Origin: Polyangiaceae bacterium | Lineage (GTDB): Bacteria > Myxococcota_A > Polyangia > Polyangiales > Polyangiaceae | Direction: 5' to 3' | Assembly (NCBI GenBank): GCA_050183255.1 | Contig: JBFXBK010000010.1 | Coordinates: 27,960-59,959, forward strand | DNA length: 32,000 nt | Part shown: positions 15,372 through 24,921 of the stretch, one piece after another | How the letters are laid out: each line of letters starts with the position of its first letter | Position numbering within the stretch: position 1 is the first letter of the stretch | Translations under genes and position numbers: made by a program | Notes under the pieces: model-generated | Told to the model about the DNA's origin: nothing | What the model saw: the letters and a program-made list of their open reading frames with translations, nothing else | Database searches by the model: none

Positions 15372-15791
15372 TCAAAGCTTGGTCTTGCCGAGCTTCAATA
15401 TCGCGCGGAAATGCTCAGCGCTGACGGGTACCACGCTCAAGCGGGAGCGGCGGATCAAGAGTAGATCTGCGAACGCCGGGTCGGCCTTCAAGGTGCTCAG
15501 GTTGACAGGGGCGGTGAAGGGCTTGACCGGCTCTACATCGACCATCGACCAGTCGCCTTCCTCGGCGGTGTGGTCTGGATACGCCTCCCTGACGATCTTC
15601 ATCACGCCCACGACGTCGCGTTCTTTTACCGAATGGTAAAACAGCGCGAGGTCTCCGACCTTCATCGCGCGCATGTTGTTGCGGGCCTCGAAGTTGCGCA
15701 CCCCGTCCCAGCTCCCTCGCTTTTCACGCACCAGATCTGCATAGGAGTAGGTCTCTGGTTCGCTCTTCATCAACCAATACTGCTTCGCCAT
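15372..15791 (-). CDS. EVE domain (PUA-like) protein
   Basis: MAKQYWLMKSEPETYSYADL...WDGVRNFEARNNMRAMKVGDLALFYHS matches the EVE-family N-terminal pattern. Its 139 aa is the typical stand-alone size. Confidence 0.85.
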   Translation of the reverse strand: MAKQYWLMKSEPETYSYADLVREKRGSWDGVRNFEARNNMRAMKVGDLALFYHSVKERDVVGVMKIVREAYPDHTAEEGDWSMVDVEPVKPFTAPVNLSTLKADPAFADLLLIRRSRLSVVPVSAEHFRAILKLGKTKL

Positions 15792-15997
15792 CCGGGCTCC
15801 TCGCGTCTCGAGCGCGCCGGCCGTTCACAGCTGAAACGTTGCGCCGGGTCGAGACGACACAGAGCGATACACGATTCGTGTGTTGCGCGTAACCCCAGGG
15901 CCGTGCGGCTCCCCTCCCCCCCAAAAAAGCTTGAGTGGCCAGCGAGAGCGAAGAAACTCGTGTGGCCAGCGACGTGAAAGGGTGGTTCGATCGACCG

Positions 15998-17119
15998 ATG
16001 GACGCGCTCGACCTGCTGCGGGACTACATCGCGATCCCCAGCGTGAACCCAATGGGGCGCGATGATCTCCCGGAGTCGATCACGGGAGAGGCGCGCTACG
16101 CGGAGCGCGTCGCTCAGGATTTTTCTCGACTCGGTCTCGATCATGAGCTGATTGGAGTAGCTGGGCGCCTCAGCGTCTTCGCTGAAGCACGCACCGCTGA
16201 CGCGACGGACACGGTGCTGATCGCGTCGCATTTGGACACCGTTCCCGTCGACACGATGACCATCGATCCGTTCGACCCGAAGCTAGAGGCAGGCGCGGTG
16301 CTTGGGAGAGGCGCGACGGACACCAAAGGTGGCCTGGCGGCAGCGGTCGCCGCGCTCGCTCAGGTGCTCTCCCGGGGGAAACTCAAGCGCAACGTGATCC
16401 TCGCAGGCCAGGCCGACGAAGAGAGCGGGAGCATTGGAGCGTACGATCTGATCCGAGAGCTCAGCGGGAAGCGCCCGCTGTGGGGCATTGCCACCGAACC
16501 CACGGAGCTCCGCGTCGTCAATCAACACAAGGGGGTCGCGCGAGTCACCGTGACTGCGAAAGGCGTCGCAGCACACAGCTCGGATCCCACACAAGGAGAC
16601 AACGCCATCCTCCATCTGTGCCGTGGCTTGCTCAGACTGGAGGCGCTCGGAGCAGGCCTCGCCGAGCGTCGGGATCCGGTGCTGGGCCCGCCGACACTCA
16701 GCATCGGCGTCGTGCGGGGCGGTCATGCGCCAAACATCGTACCCGACCGGGCACTCGCCCTCGTCGATCGCAGAATGATCCCTGGGGAAACTGAAGCGAG
16801 CCTGACCGCTGAATTCGCCGAGGCGTTAGCAGGTTCGCCCCTCAGCTTCGATTGTCACGTCGAGAAGCCGCCTCTCGGTGTGCCGCCCGACTCAGCCGCC
16901 GTCCTCGCCTGCAGCGAAGCGCTGGAAGCACTGGGGCTCGAGAGCGCTCCAAAGCACGTCGCCTTTGGCACCGACGCTGGGCTGTTCGATCACGCGGGCA
17001 TGCCGTGCGTGGTGTGGGGGCCCGGCTCCATCCTGCAAGCGCACACCAAAGACGAGTTCCTGCGCGTCGATCAGCTCGAGGCCGCGACCCGCTTCTTCGT
17101 CAGACTGTTCGGCGGCTGA
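15998..17119 (+). CDS. M20 family metallopeptidase (ArgE/DapE/acetylornithine deacetylase-like)
   Basis: LLRDYIAIPSVNP, SHLDTVP, GRGATDTKGGLAA, ADEESGS and AHSS motifs. ATG 15998 is preferred. The ORF is also open from GTG 15935. Confidence 0.8.
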   Translation: MDALDLLRDYIAIPSVNPMGRDDLPESITGEARYAERVAQDFSRLGLDHELIGVAGRLSVFAEARTADATDTVLIASHLDTVPVDTMTIDPFDPKLEAGAVLGRGATDTKGGLAAAVAALAQVLSRGKLKRNVILAGQADEESGSIGAYDLIRELSGKRPLWGIATEPTELRVVNQHKGVARVTVTAKGVAAHSSDPTQGDNAILHLCRGLLRLEALGAGLAERRDPVLGPPTLSIGVVRGGHAPNIVPDRALALVDRRMIPGETEASLTAEFAEALAGSPLSFDCHVEKPPLGVPPDSAAVLACSEALEALGLESAPKHVAFGTDAGLFDHAGMPCVVWGPGSILQAHTKDEFLRVDQLEAATRFFVRLFGG

Positions 17120-17138
17120 TCGGCCGCACGATGTCGTT

Positions 17139-18542
17139 TCAGAGCGCGCTCGGCGTGCCGCCCATGGGGCACTCGGTCAGGGGAGACACATCGACCGCTG
17201 GACCCGGAGTCGCCTGACGCGCGGTGAAGGCAATGCCGACGCTCATCGAGTCGCAGTCGGCGCTGGGGTTCACCTCACCGGTGGACATCACGTCCATGTT
17301 GACCCGCAGGTAGTCGATCAGGAGGTTCGCGTCAGCAGCAGCAACCTTGCCGTTCCCGTCAGGTAAGTCACCGCCTTCACAGAAACCGATCTGGTTGAAC
17401 GCCGTGAGCATGTCAGCTTGGCGAACGCGGCCTGCCAACAGCCCGTCGTATGCCGTCCACAGCCCGTCATTGCCAAGCTCCGGGCGGGCCACGAAAATGC
17501 CCTTGTAGAACTTCAGCGGGAAGCCGGCGGCGTTCGCGTTATCGCCGATGAAGCGCATTTGCGCGCCGTCGGGCAGATCACCCACCAAGTAGCCATCCCG
17601 CACGTAAGCATCGGGATCCGCCAACGTGGAGTTCGGCAGGTCACTGCCGCTCGCCGTGCCCTGGAGCATTGCCTTGTCGACCTTCCAGGGGAAGCTCGCG
17701 AGCCAGGGGGCGCGCTGATCCCAACCCTGCTCTGGACACTCCCAGCTCTGATCGCGATCGACGCCCGGCGACATGTAAAAATCCAAGCGGATATTGTCGT
17801 CGTTGGGCTCGCCGTTGTACCCCGTCACCTTGATCAAGATGGTGAAGCTGCCCCGGTGGAGCTCACAGTTGAACGAGTCCTCACTGATGCCAAAGGGTTC
17901 GCCCAGGGTCGGCTGATCTGCTGCAACGGGCTCGAGCCGCGCGAACATGTTATCGCGACAACCGAGGCCATCCGGCGGGACACCAATTCCCGCACGGCAA
18001 CTCACGACGTTTTTCTCACCCTTGGAGCAATCGGGCGAGTTCGTGCACACGCCGTCCAGGTCGAGGCCAAAGTATTGCCAGGGCTCTGCGCCGCTCGGGT
18101 AGTCGCCAGGCGCCGTCTGTCCGAGCCAAAGGTGGTCGATGGCTAGGTAGAACGGCGGCAGGTCATTTCCGCCGGTTGCCGCCGGCCGGTCGTTGACAGT
18201 CGGCGCGCGGTGGTCCGCACATCCCTCAGCGGTCTCGGTAGACCACCAACATTTCCCCGCTAGGCAATCGGAGCCGCCGGCACCGCCTCCAACGCCGCCG
18301 CTACCCCCGTTGCCACCACTGCCTCCCGACGCAGCGACACCGCCGTCGTAGCGAGGATCCGGATCGAGCAATTTCTCGTTGTAGATGTTGCACGCGCCGA
18401 ACGACGTGAGCCCCAGCCCCACGAGTAAGAAAAAGCCAACTGACCACCGAGTAGCCACGAACGCGGAGTGTAGTCGCGGTCGCACGTCCGACTCCACCGA
18501 CGGCGCCGACTGCATGACACAGTTCCGAAACCAGCGTGACAA
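17139..18542 (-). CDS. secreted/lipoprotein-like Cys-rich protein of unknown function
   Basis: N-terminal hydrophobic segment VGFFLLVGLGLTSFGAC, a Gly-rich linker GGSGGNGGSGGVGGGAGGSDC, then about 370 aa with multiple Cys pairs. GC3-rich. No family recognised. The start is uncertain (alternative Met 10). Confidence 0.6.
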   Translation of the reverse strand: MSRWFRNCVMQSAPSVESDVRPRLHSAFVATRWSVGFFLLVGLGLTSFGACNIYNEKLLDPDPRYDGGVAASGGSGGNGGSGGVGGGAGGSDCLAGKCWWSTETAEGCADHRAPTVNDRPAATGGNDLPPFYLAIDHLWLGQTAPGDYPSGAEPWQYFGLDLDGVCTNSPDCSKGEKNVVSCRAGIGVPPDGLGCRDNMFARLEPVAADQPTLGEPFGISEDSFNCELHRGSFTILIKVTGYNGEPNDDNIRLDFYMSPGVDRDQSWECPEQGWDQRAPWLASFPWKVDKAMLQGTASGSDLPNSTLADPDAYVRDGYLVGDLPDGAQMRFIGDNANAAGFPLKFYKGIFVARPELGNDGLWTAYDGLLAGRVRQADMLTAFNQIGFCEGGDLPDGNGKVAAADANLLIDYLRVNMDVMSTGEVNPSADCDSMSVGIAFTARQATPGPAVDVSPLTECPMGGTPSAL

Positions 18543-18672
18543 TTCTACTCAGGCTGGAACCTGGCGCCCAAACCTCGGGACCTGAGTGAAACTGAAGGCG
18601 AGTTCCAGTCCCGGCCCCAAGGCGGAGGATGCGCCTCGCAATGAACGGGGGATGTACTAGGCTCCGCCGCCC

Positions 18673-19656
18673 ATGACCGCAGGACAGGACGCGAACACCG
18701 CCAAGGAGAGCCCCCCGAAGGACGCCGCCGCTGCGGACGAGCTGGGCGACATCAGTTGGAGCGACGCGCCCTACATCGTCGGTAGTGGCATGTGCATGGG
18801 CACGGCAGACGTAGTCCCCGGCGTCTCTGGCGGCACGATGGCTGTTGCCCTGGGGATCTACCAGAGGCTACTCGCCGCGATCACGTCGGTGAACGTCGAG
18901 GCGGTCAAGGCCCTGCTGAAGTTCGACATCAAGCGCGTGATGTCGCTCCTACACTGGCGTTTCATGGCCTGCCTTGGCACGGGCATCGCGCTGGCGTTCG
19001 CGGTGATGATCAAGATCGTCAAGCTGCCGCACTTGCTCGAGACTCACCCGAAGCAGGTGTACGCCATCTTCTTCGGGTTGGTGTTAGCGAGCGCGCTCAT
19101 CCTGGGCAAGCGCCTGCCCCACTGGTCGCCCGCGCGCATCGTCTCGTTCGTGGTGGGCACCGGTATCGGCTGGGGCATCGTGAACTTGGTTCCGGTGGAG
19201 ACGCCCGAGAACCCGGCGTTCATCTTTCTATGCGGATTCGTGGCCATCAGCGCCATGCTGCTGCCGGGTATCAGCGGTTCGTTCATCCTGCTGATCTTGG
19301 GCAAATACGCATACATCTTCGGCAACCTGACCAAGCCGGGTGTCGTGGTGCCATTCGCCCTGGGCTGCGGTGCGGGTCTGGTCGTGTTCTCGCGCTTCCT
19401 CAAATGGCTGCTCCACCGCTGGCACGACACGGTGGTCGCTGGCTTGGTTGGCCTCCTGATCGGCAGCCTGTGGCGCATCTGGCCGTATCAGCACGAGAAG
19501 ATCATCATCGTGCGTGAGAAGCCGCGGGTGATCGAGTCTCACCCCTATCTCCCCGATCACCTCGAAGTCGGCGTCATCGCGCTGTTCGTGGTTGGACTGA
19601 TCTTGGTGTTCGCGGTGGAGTACTTGGCCTCGCGTCGCGAAGCCAGGAACGCCTGA
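18673..19656 (+). CDS. DUF368 family membrane protein (PopT-type polyprenyl/undecaprenyl-phosphate translocase family)
   Basis: Duplicated signature PGVSGGTMAVALG ... LPGISGSFILLILG within a polytopic membrane protein, which is the hallmark of DUF368. Confidence 0.8.
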   Translation: MTAGQDANTAKESPPKDAAAADELGDISWSDAPYIVGSGMCMGTADVVPGVSGGTMAVALGIYQRLLAAITSVNVEAVKALLKFDIKRVMSLLHWRFMACLGTGIALAFAVMIKIVKLPHLLETHPKQVYAIFFGLVLASALILGKRLPHWSPARIVSFVVGTGIGWGIVNLVPVETPENPAFIFLCGFVAISAMLLPGISGSFILLILGKYAYIFGNLTKPGVVVPFALGCGAGLVVFSRFLKWLLHRWHDTVVAGLVGLLIGSLWRIWPYQHEKIIIVREKPRVIESHPYLPDHLEVGVIALFVVGLILVFAVEYLASRREARNA

Positions 19657-19757
19657 ATCACGAGGCGCGCTCCAGCCGCCTGCAGGCGTTCCGGCAGCTC
19701 GGCGCTGCCGTTCACAAGCGCGTGCAAAGACGGCGCAGCGCTCGTTATGCTGCGCCG

Positions 19758-20618
19758 ATGTCGGCACATGCAGAACTCAGCGCGCTGCTCTCACGTGCCG
19801 TGAGCTGCGACGGCCCGGTGGTCTTCCTCACCGGAGCGGGGATCTCACAAGAGAGCGGCATCCCCACGTTTCGCGGCGCTGAAGGCTACTGGCGAGTCGG
19901 GTCCAAGAACTATCACCCGATGGAGCTCGCGACGCACGCCGCGTACTCGCAGCTGAGGGAAGAAGTCTGGGGTTGGTACCTCTACCGCCGTGCGGTGTGC
20001 GCGAGTGCCGAGCCCAACGTTGCCCACCGCGCGATCGCCGAACTCGAGCAACGCCTCGGAGACGGCTTGCTGTTGATCACCCAGAACGTCGATGGCCTCC
20101 ACCTGCGAGCAGGCAGCGGCCGCGCGCGTGCCTTCGAGATCCATGGGGATATCAACCGCATGCGCTGTGAGGCCAGCTGCACACCGGAGACCTACGAAAT
20201 CTCGTCGAGGCTGATCCGCAACCCCGCGCTCGAAAAGCAAGCAGCGAGCTACGCACCGACTGCGGAGGAGCTACGGTTGCTGCGCTGCCCGCGCTGCGGC
20301 AGCAGCGCGCGGCCCCACGTGCTGTGGTTCGACGAGTACTACGACGAGGAGCACTTTCGCTTCGAGTCGTCGATGCGCGCGGCAGCGAGTGCGCGCTTGT
20401 TGGTGGTGATCGGCACCACCGGCGCAACCAACCTGCCAATCCAAATCGGCAGACTCGTAGCAGCACGGGGTGCCCCGCTCCTGGTGCTCAACCCGGAGCC
20501 AAACCCCTTCAGCGACTTCGCCGAGCAGTGTGGAGGCGTGTTTCTCCAGGGCACCGCGGGCGCCCTGGTTCCTGATGTGTGTACAGCAATCGCCGATTCT
20601 CTGGGAGGACGAGCATGA
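19758..20618 (+). CDS. cobB: NAD-dependent protein deacylase, SIR2 family (CobB / class III sirtuin-like)
   Basis: GAGISQESGIPTFRGAEGYWR, TQNVDGLH, catalytic EIHG, Zn-ribbon cysteines CEASC...CPRCG, and PHVLWFDE. ATG 19758 is preferred over the upstream extension to 19722. Confidence 0.85.
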   Translation: MSAHAELSALLSRAVSCDGPVVFLTGAGISQESGIPTFRGAEGYWRVGSKNYHPMELATHAAYSQLREEVWGWYLYRRAVCASAEPNVAHRAIAELEQRLGDGLLLITQNVDGLHLRAGSGRARAFEIHGDINRMRCEASCTPETYEISSRLIRNPALEKQAASYAPTAEELRLLRCPRCGSSARPHVLWFDEYYDEEHFRFESSMRAAASARLLVVIGTTGATNLPIQIGRLVAARGAPLLVLNPEPNPFSDFAEQCGGVFLQGTAGALVPDVCTAIADSLGGRA

Positions 20619-21625
20619 ATCCGATGCGAGCAGCTTTGGTAGGCATCTATCGCGGGATCATAGTGAAGCGCAGACTGCGCGGCCCCGCCTTTCCAAGCTG
20701 GAGTCCGGAGTTCGAGACGCTAGCCACGATGATGCATAACTACAGCAAGCTGAGCACGCTGCTACCGCTCGCCGTGCAGCGTCAGGCCGCCACCAGCCTG
20801 CTCCGCCCCACCAAGGCGACCTCCGAGACCCGGTACGAGAAAGCGCGAGTCGGGGACATCCGCTGCGAGTGGTTCCGCCAGGAAACATCTACAAGGGATC
20901 GCGTGTTCCTCTACTTGCATGGCGGGGGCTACAGCATCGGGTCCATCGACACCCATCGTGATCTGGTGGCGCGCATCGTCGCTGCGAGCGGAATGCAGGC
21001 GTTCGTCCCTGATTATCGGCTGGCACCAGAGCACCGCTTCCCGGCGCAGCTCGAGGATGCCCTCGCCTGTTATCGCTGGCTCCTGAAGCAAGGCTTTCTC
21101 GGCTCTCAGATCGTCGTCGGAGGAGACTCCGCGGGCGGTGGTCTAACCCTCTCGCTACTCTTGGCCCTGCGTGACGCGGGTGATCCTCTCCCCGCCGCCG
21201 CTGTCTGTCTGTCGCCCTGGGTGGATCTCGAGGCGACGGGCGGCAGCATGCGCAGCAACGCACCTCATGACTACGTGGGGCGCGCTACGCTGCTCACGTA
21301 TGCGAGCCGCTTCGTCACGGCGAAGGATCGCAAGAACCCCCTCGCCGCGCCCATCTACGGTGAATATCGGGGCCTACCCCCGATATTGATCCAGGTCGGT
21401 GCAGTGGAGACGCTGCTCGACGACGCGATCCGCGTGACGAGTCGCGCTCGCCGCGCCGGAGTCGATGTTCGCTTGGAAATCGAGCCAGAGATGATCCACG
21501 TGTGGCAGGCGTTCGGAAACTTGAGCAGTAACGCGGGCCACGCCGTGGCACGCATCGGGGAGTACGCGCGGCGCGCCGTTGGGCTCCAAGCACCCAAGAC
21601 AGAGAGCGCAGCGACACATGGCTGA
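20615..21625 (+). CDS. alpha/beta hydrolase, hormone-sensitive-lipase-like esterase family
   Basis: Oxyanion-hole HGGGY motif (LYLHGGGYSIGS) and nucleophile elbow GDSAGGG. ATG 20615 is preceded by GGAGG and overlaps the sirtuin stop (ATGA). Confidence 0.85.
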   Translation: MNPMRAALVGIYRGIIVKRRLRGPAFPSWSPEFETLATMMHNYSKLSTLLPLAVQRQAATSLLRPTKATSETRYEKARVGDIRCEWFRQETSTRDRVFLYLHGGGYSIGSIDTHRDLVARIVAASGMQAFVPDYRLAPEHRFPAQLEDALACYRWLLKQGFLGSQIVVGGDSAGGGLTLSLLLALRDAGDPLPAAAVCLSPWVDLEATGGSMRSNAPHDYVGRATLLTYASRFVTAKDRKNPLAAPIYGEYRGLPPILIQVGAVETLLDDAIRVTSRARRAGVDVRLEIEPEMIHVWQAFGNLSSNAGHAVARIGEYARRAVGLQAPKTESAATHG

Positions 21626-23735
21626 GGTTGATTTCCGCATGGATGGCACCGTCGCCATTCTCACGCTCGACAACGCACCGCTGAATCCTCTGGCCGACGA
21701 GTTAGTCAGTCAGCTCTGGGCGGCCGTCGAGCGCGTCTCCAGCACGCCGGAGGTGCGCGGCGTCGTGCTGATTGGTGCCGGAGACACCTTCGTGGCGGGC
21801 GCCGACATTCGGCGCCTCCAGCGCTTGGCCAAAGGGGAGCCAGCGCAAGCTGACGAAACGCGCTCTCTCGGCGCGCTGATCTCCAGCATCGAGAGTAGTG
21901 GCAAGCCGTTCGTTGCGGCCATCGATGGCTTCGCGCTGGGCGGTGGCCTCGAGCTCGCGATGGGTTGCCACGGCCGGGTCGCCAGCGAGAGCGCCAAGCT
22001 CGGCTTGCCAGAGCTGAACTTGGGGCTGATCCCCGGCGCAGGCGGCACCCAGCGGTTGCCGCGGCTGATTGGGCTTCCGGCGGCGCTCGACTGCATGCTG
22101 GGCTCGAAGCAGCTATCGGCAGCCGAAGCCCTGGCGCTCGGACTCGTCGCGGAAGTCGTGCCTCGCTCGACGCTGCTCGAGCGCGCGGTCGCGCTGGCAA
22201 GCGGGCTCATGGACTCACCGTTGGAACGGAGCAGTGAGCGGGAAGACAAGCTCCCGGGCCCAGACGCTGTGCCCGGGATCCTGGAATCCGCAAGGCAACA
22301 GCACGCAAGGCGGTTTCGCAACGTCGAGTACCCGGAGCTCTGCCTGGAGGCTGTGACGCGGGGGCTCCAGGAGGGAGCCACCGTCGGCCTCGCTCACGAA
22401 CGCGAGTGTTTTCGCCAGTGCCTCGCGCGGGAAGCTGCCCAGAGCCTGATCCATCTGTTCTTCGCCGAGCGCGCTGCAGGCAAGGTCCAGGGAGTCACCG
22501 ATCAGGGCTTCGCGCGCCGACAGCTCGCGCGAGTCGGCGTGATCGGAGGCGGAACGATGGGCTCAGGCATCGCGACGGCGGCGCTTCAACGTGGGCTCGA
22601 CGTCGTGCTGACGGAGCAGAACGCCGGGGCTGCAGAAGCGGCCAGGGCGCGCGTCGAGGGCTTCCTCGAACACGCCAGAAAGCGCGGGCGCCTGAGCGAC
22701 GCAGCGCTCGCAAAGGCCAAAGCGCAACTCACCTGTAGCGCGGAGCTCTCCAGCGTCAGGGACTGCGACGTCGTGATAGAAGCGGCCATCGAGGACCTCG
22801 AGCTCAAGCGCCGCCTCTTCACGGAGCTACTCAGGCGCTGCCGCACGGATACGATCCTCGCGACCAACACCTCTACGTTGCCACTGGAGCGGATTGCCGA
22901 GGGTCTCGAGCAAGGCCGGCGCGTCCTGGGTGCGCACTTCTTCAGTCCCGCACACGTGATGCGACTGGTGGAGGTGGTGCGCACGCCCACGTCGGATCCC
23001 GAGCAGGTCAACGCGTTGATTGGGCTCGTGAAGCTGCTCAAGAAGACACCGGTCGTGGTCGGAAGCTGCGTCGGCTTCCTCGTCAACCGCGTGATGATGC
23101 CCTACGGCCAGGCAGCAGGGCTCCTGATCGACCGCGGCGTCGACCCGTATCACTTGGACCGAGTGATGACCGACTTCGGGATGCCGATGGGTCCGTGCCG
23201 CGTGAGTGACCTCGCCGGGGTCGACGTCGGCGTTTACGCCGGCTCGATCCTGGATGCCGCGTACCCAGAGCGAGCCTACCGCTCTCCGCTGCGCAAGCTC
23301 CTCGTAGAGGCAGGCCGCCTCGGCGAAAAGCGCGGCCTTGGTCACTACCGCTACACTCAAGGTCGCGCCGAAGAGGATCCTGAGCTAGCAGTCTTCTTAC
23401 AACGTTGCCGCGCGGAAGTCGGCTCGCCACCAGCCCTGGAGCTCACGGACCAGGACATCGTCGAACTGTTGCTCTTTCTGGTGGTGAACGAAGCCTGTCG
23501 CGTGCTTGAAGAGGGCCACGCGGAGCGAGCCAGCGACGTAGACCTGGCGTTGCAGCTCGGGATGGGCTTCCCTGGCTACCGCGGCGGCCCCATGGCGTGG
23601 GCCGATCGCCGCGGTAGCCACTACGTCGCGGAGCGTCTCGCGACCTGGCACGCGCAAACGGGACTTGGGATCTTCGAGGTCAGTCCGCGCCTGGCCCGTC
23701 TCGCCGAAGCGCGCGCGTCGCTGCTCGCCGGCTAG
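21618..23735 (+). CDS. bifunctional enoyl-CoA hydratase / 3-hydroxyacyl-CoA dehydrogenase (FadB/FadJ-like)
   Basis: N-terminal crotonase fold (FVAGADI, GFALGGGLELAMGC). Central Rossmann motif VGVIGGGTMGSGIA. 3HCDH C-terminal region. ATG 21618 overlaps the hydrolase stop by 8 nt. Confidence 0.85.
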   Translation: MAEVDFRMDGTVAILTLDNAPLNPLADELVSQLWAAVERVSSTPEVRGVVLIGAGDTFVAGADIRRLQRLAKGEPAQADETRSLGALISSIESSGKPFVAAIDGFALGGGLELAMGCHGRVASESAKLGLPELNLGLIPGAGGTQRLPRLIGLPAALDCMLGSKQLSAAEALALGLVAEVVPRSTLLERAVALASGLMDSPLERSSEREDKLPGPDAVPGILESARQQHARRFRNVEYPELCLEAVTRGLQEGATVGLAHERECFRQCLAREAAQSLIHLFFAERAAGKVQGVTDQGFARRQLARVGVIGGGTMGSGIATAALQRGLDVVLTEQNAGAAEAARARVEGFLEHARKRGRLSDAALAKAKAQLTCSAELSSVRDCDVVIEAAIEDLELKRRLFTELLRRCRTDTILATNTSTLPLERIAEGLEQGRRVLGAHFFSPAHVMRLVEVVRTPTSDPEQVNALIGLVKLLKKTPVVVGSCVGFLVNRVMMPYGQAAGLLIDRGVDPYHLDRVMTDFGMPMGPCRVSDLAGVDVGVYAGSILDAAYPERAYRSPLRKLLVEAGRLGEKRGLGHYRYTQGRAEEDPELAVFLQRCRAEVGSPPALELTDQDIVELLLFLVVNEACRVLEEGHAERASDVDLALQLGMGFPGYRGGPMAWADRRGSHYVAERLATWHAQTGLGIFEVSPRLARLAEARASLLAG

Positions 23736-23747
23736 GCCAATCGCGCC

Positions 23748-24857
23748 TCACTCGAAGACGACCACAGCGTCCAAGCGCAGTCCGCTCTCGAGCTCGAAGT
23801 AACCGGAGCCCACGCGCTTGCCGCTGCGCGGCGGAGGCATGAAGCCGAGGCTGCGGGTCGCCATCGGATCATCGGTGTCAGGCGTCGCCGCGGTTTGCTT
23901 GAGCTCGAGGTGAACGCTGACCTTCTGGGTGCCGCTCAGATCCTGTCCGGGGTTCTCGTTCAGCGCGAACTGGCCTTTACCCAAGAAGCGCAGGGTGCGC
24001 TCGATCAGCGCCTTTAGCCGAGCGTCGGGCACATCGCTGTATTCGGCGCGCTCGATCTTCCCTGCGGAGTCGAGGTGCAGCGTGAAGCGGATTTCGCCGA
24101 GATCTCCGGGGCCGTGTTTGAGGAGTTTGGCGTCGCCCACCGCCGCGCGGGGCAAGACGCGGGTGAACGCGGTGGGCAGCGCGCGGACACCCACCGGGAG
24201 CCCGGCGGCCCCCATGTTGCCACTGCCGGTCTTGTCGCTGCCCGCGCCGTCATGCTCCCCTTCACGCTCAGCGCTTCGCTCATCTTCGCCTTCGCCAGCG
24301 CTCGCACCGGGCTTGGGCGGCGCTTCGTCAGCGGACTCCGAACGTGGCTTCTCGGCGCTGGCAGATTTCTCCATGGATTTTCTATGCTGCCTGCGACGCC
24401 GGTGTGCGCGCTTGCGCTTGGCTTCCGCCTTGGCGCGTTGGGCGAGTTTGGCGCGCTCTGCCTCTTCCTCTTCGGTTGCGTCGTCGGCGGCAAGCGGTGC
24501 GGCGGCTGGCGGTTCCTCGGCTGCTTCAGGGGCGGGAGCCTCCGGCGCTTGCTCTGGCTGCGAGGGTTGCGCCAGCGCCACCTCCCCCCCAACCCCACGC
24601 GCGCTAGCTGGAAGGTCGCCAGCCATCGCGACCTCGAAGGTGTCTCCGGCCCAGGCGTCGTACGGTTGCTTGGCTTCGGCGCGGGGCAAGAACGAGATCA
24701 GCACCAGCGGCACCGCCAGCAAGGCGTGAACGAGCAGCGAGGCGCCAAGCGGCACGATCGACCTCAGCCAGCGAGTCTGTGAGGGCGGCACGAGGAACTG
24801 GGACAGCCAGTCACCGCCGTTGGTTCCCCGCATCTCGAATCCCTTAGCATTGCGCAC
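23748..24857 (-). CDS. membrane-anchored protein with TonB-like architecture (TM anchor, Pro/Ala/Glu/Lys-rich spacer, small C-terminal domain)
   Basis: TM segment IVPLGASLLVHALLAVPLVLISF. Spacer PSQPEQAPEAPAPEAAEEPPAAAP...EEEEAERAKLAQRAKAEAKRKRAHRRRRQHRK. C-terminal GEIRFTLHLDSAGKIERAEYSD...LKALIERTL is vaguely like the TonB C-terminal domain. The functional call is weak. Confidence 0.45.
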   Translation of the reverse strand: MRNAKGFEMRGTNGGDWLSQFLVPPSQTRWLRSIVPLGASLLVHALLAVPLVLISFLPRAEAKQPYDAWAGDTFEVAMAGDLPASARGVGGEVALAQPSQPEQAPEAPAPEAAEEPPAAAPLAADDATEEEEAERAKLAQRAKAEAKRKRAHRRRRQHRKSMEKSASAEKPRSESADEAPPKPGASAGEGEDERSAEREGEHDGAGSDKTGSGNMGAAGLPVGVRALPTAFTRVLPRAAVGDAKLLKHGPGDLGEIRFTLHLDSAGKIERAEYSDVPDARLKALIERTLRFLGKGQFALNENPGQDLSGTQKVSVHLELKQTAATPDTDDPMATRSLGFMPPPRSGKRVGSGYFELESGLRLDAVVVFE

Positions 24858-24921
24858 TCAGATGCGCTTCAGGCCAGCGCTTTTCGAACGTTACAGCACC
24901 ACCCCAGCAGCAGGCGGCGCC

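Noticed and set aside
19758-20618. The SIR2 domain could indicate an anti-phage NADase system (Thoeris ThsA, DSR, SIR2-HerA or SIR2-pAgo).
   Set aside because: The protein is a compact sirtuin of about 290 aa with the canonical GAGISxESGIPxFRG motif, catalytic His and Zn-ribbon cysteines. It has no SLOG, HerA, Argonaute or TIR partner, and its neighbours are lipid-metabolism enzymes.
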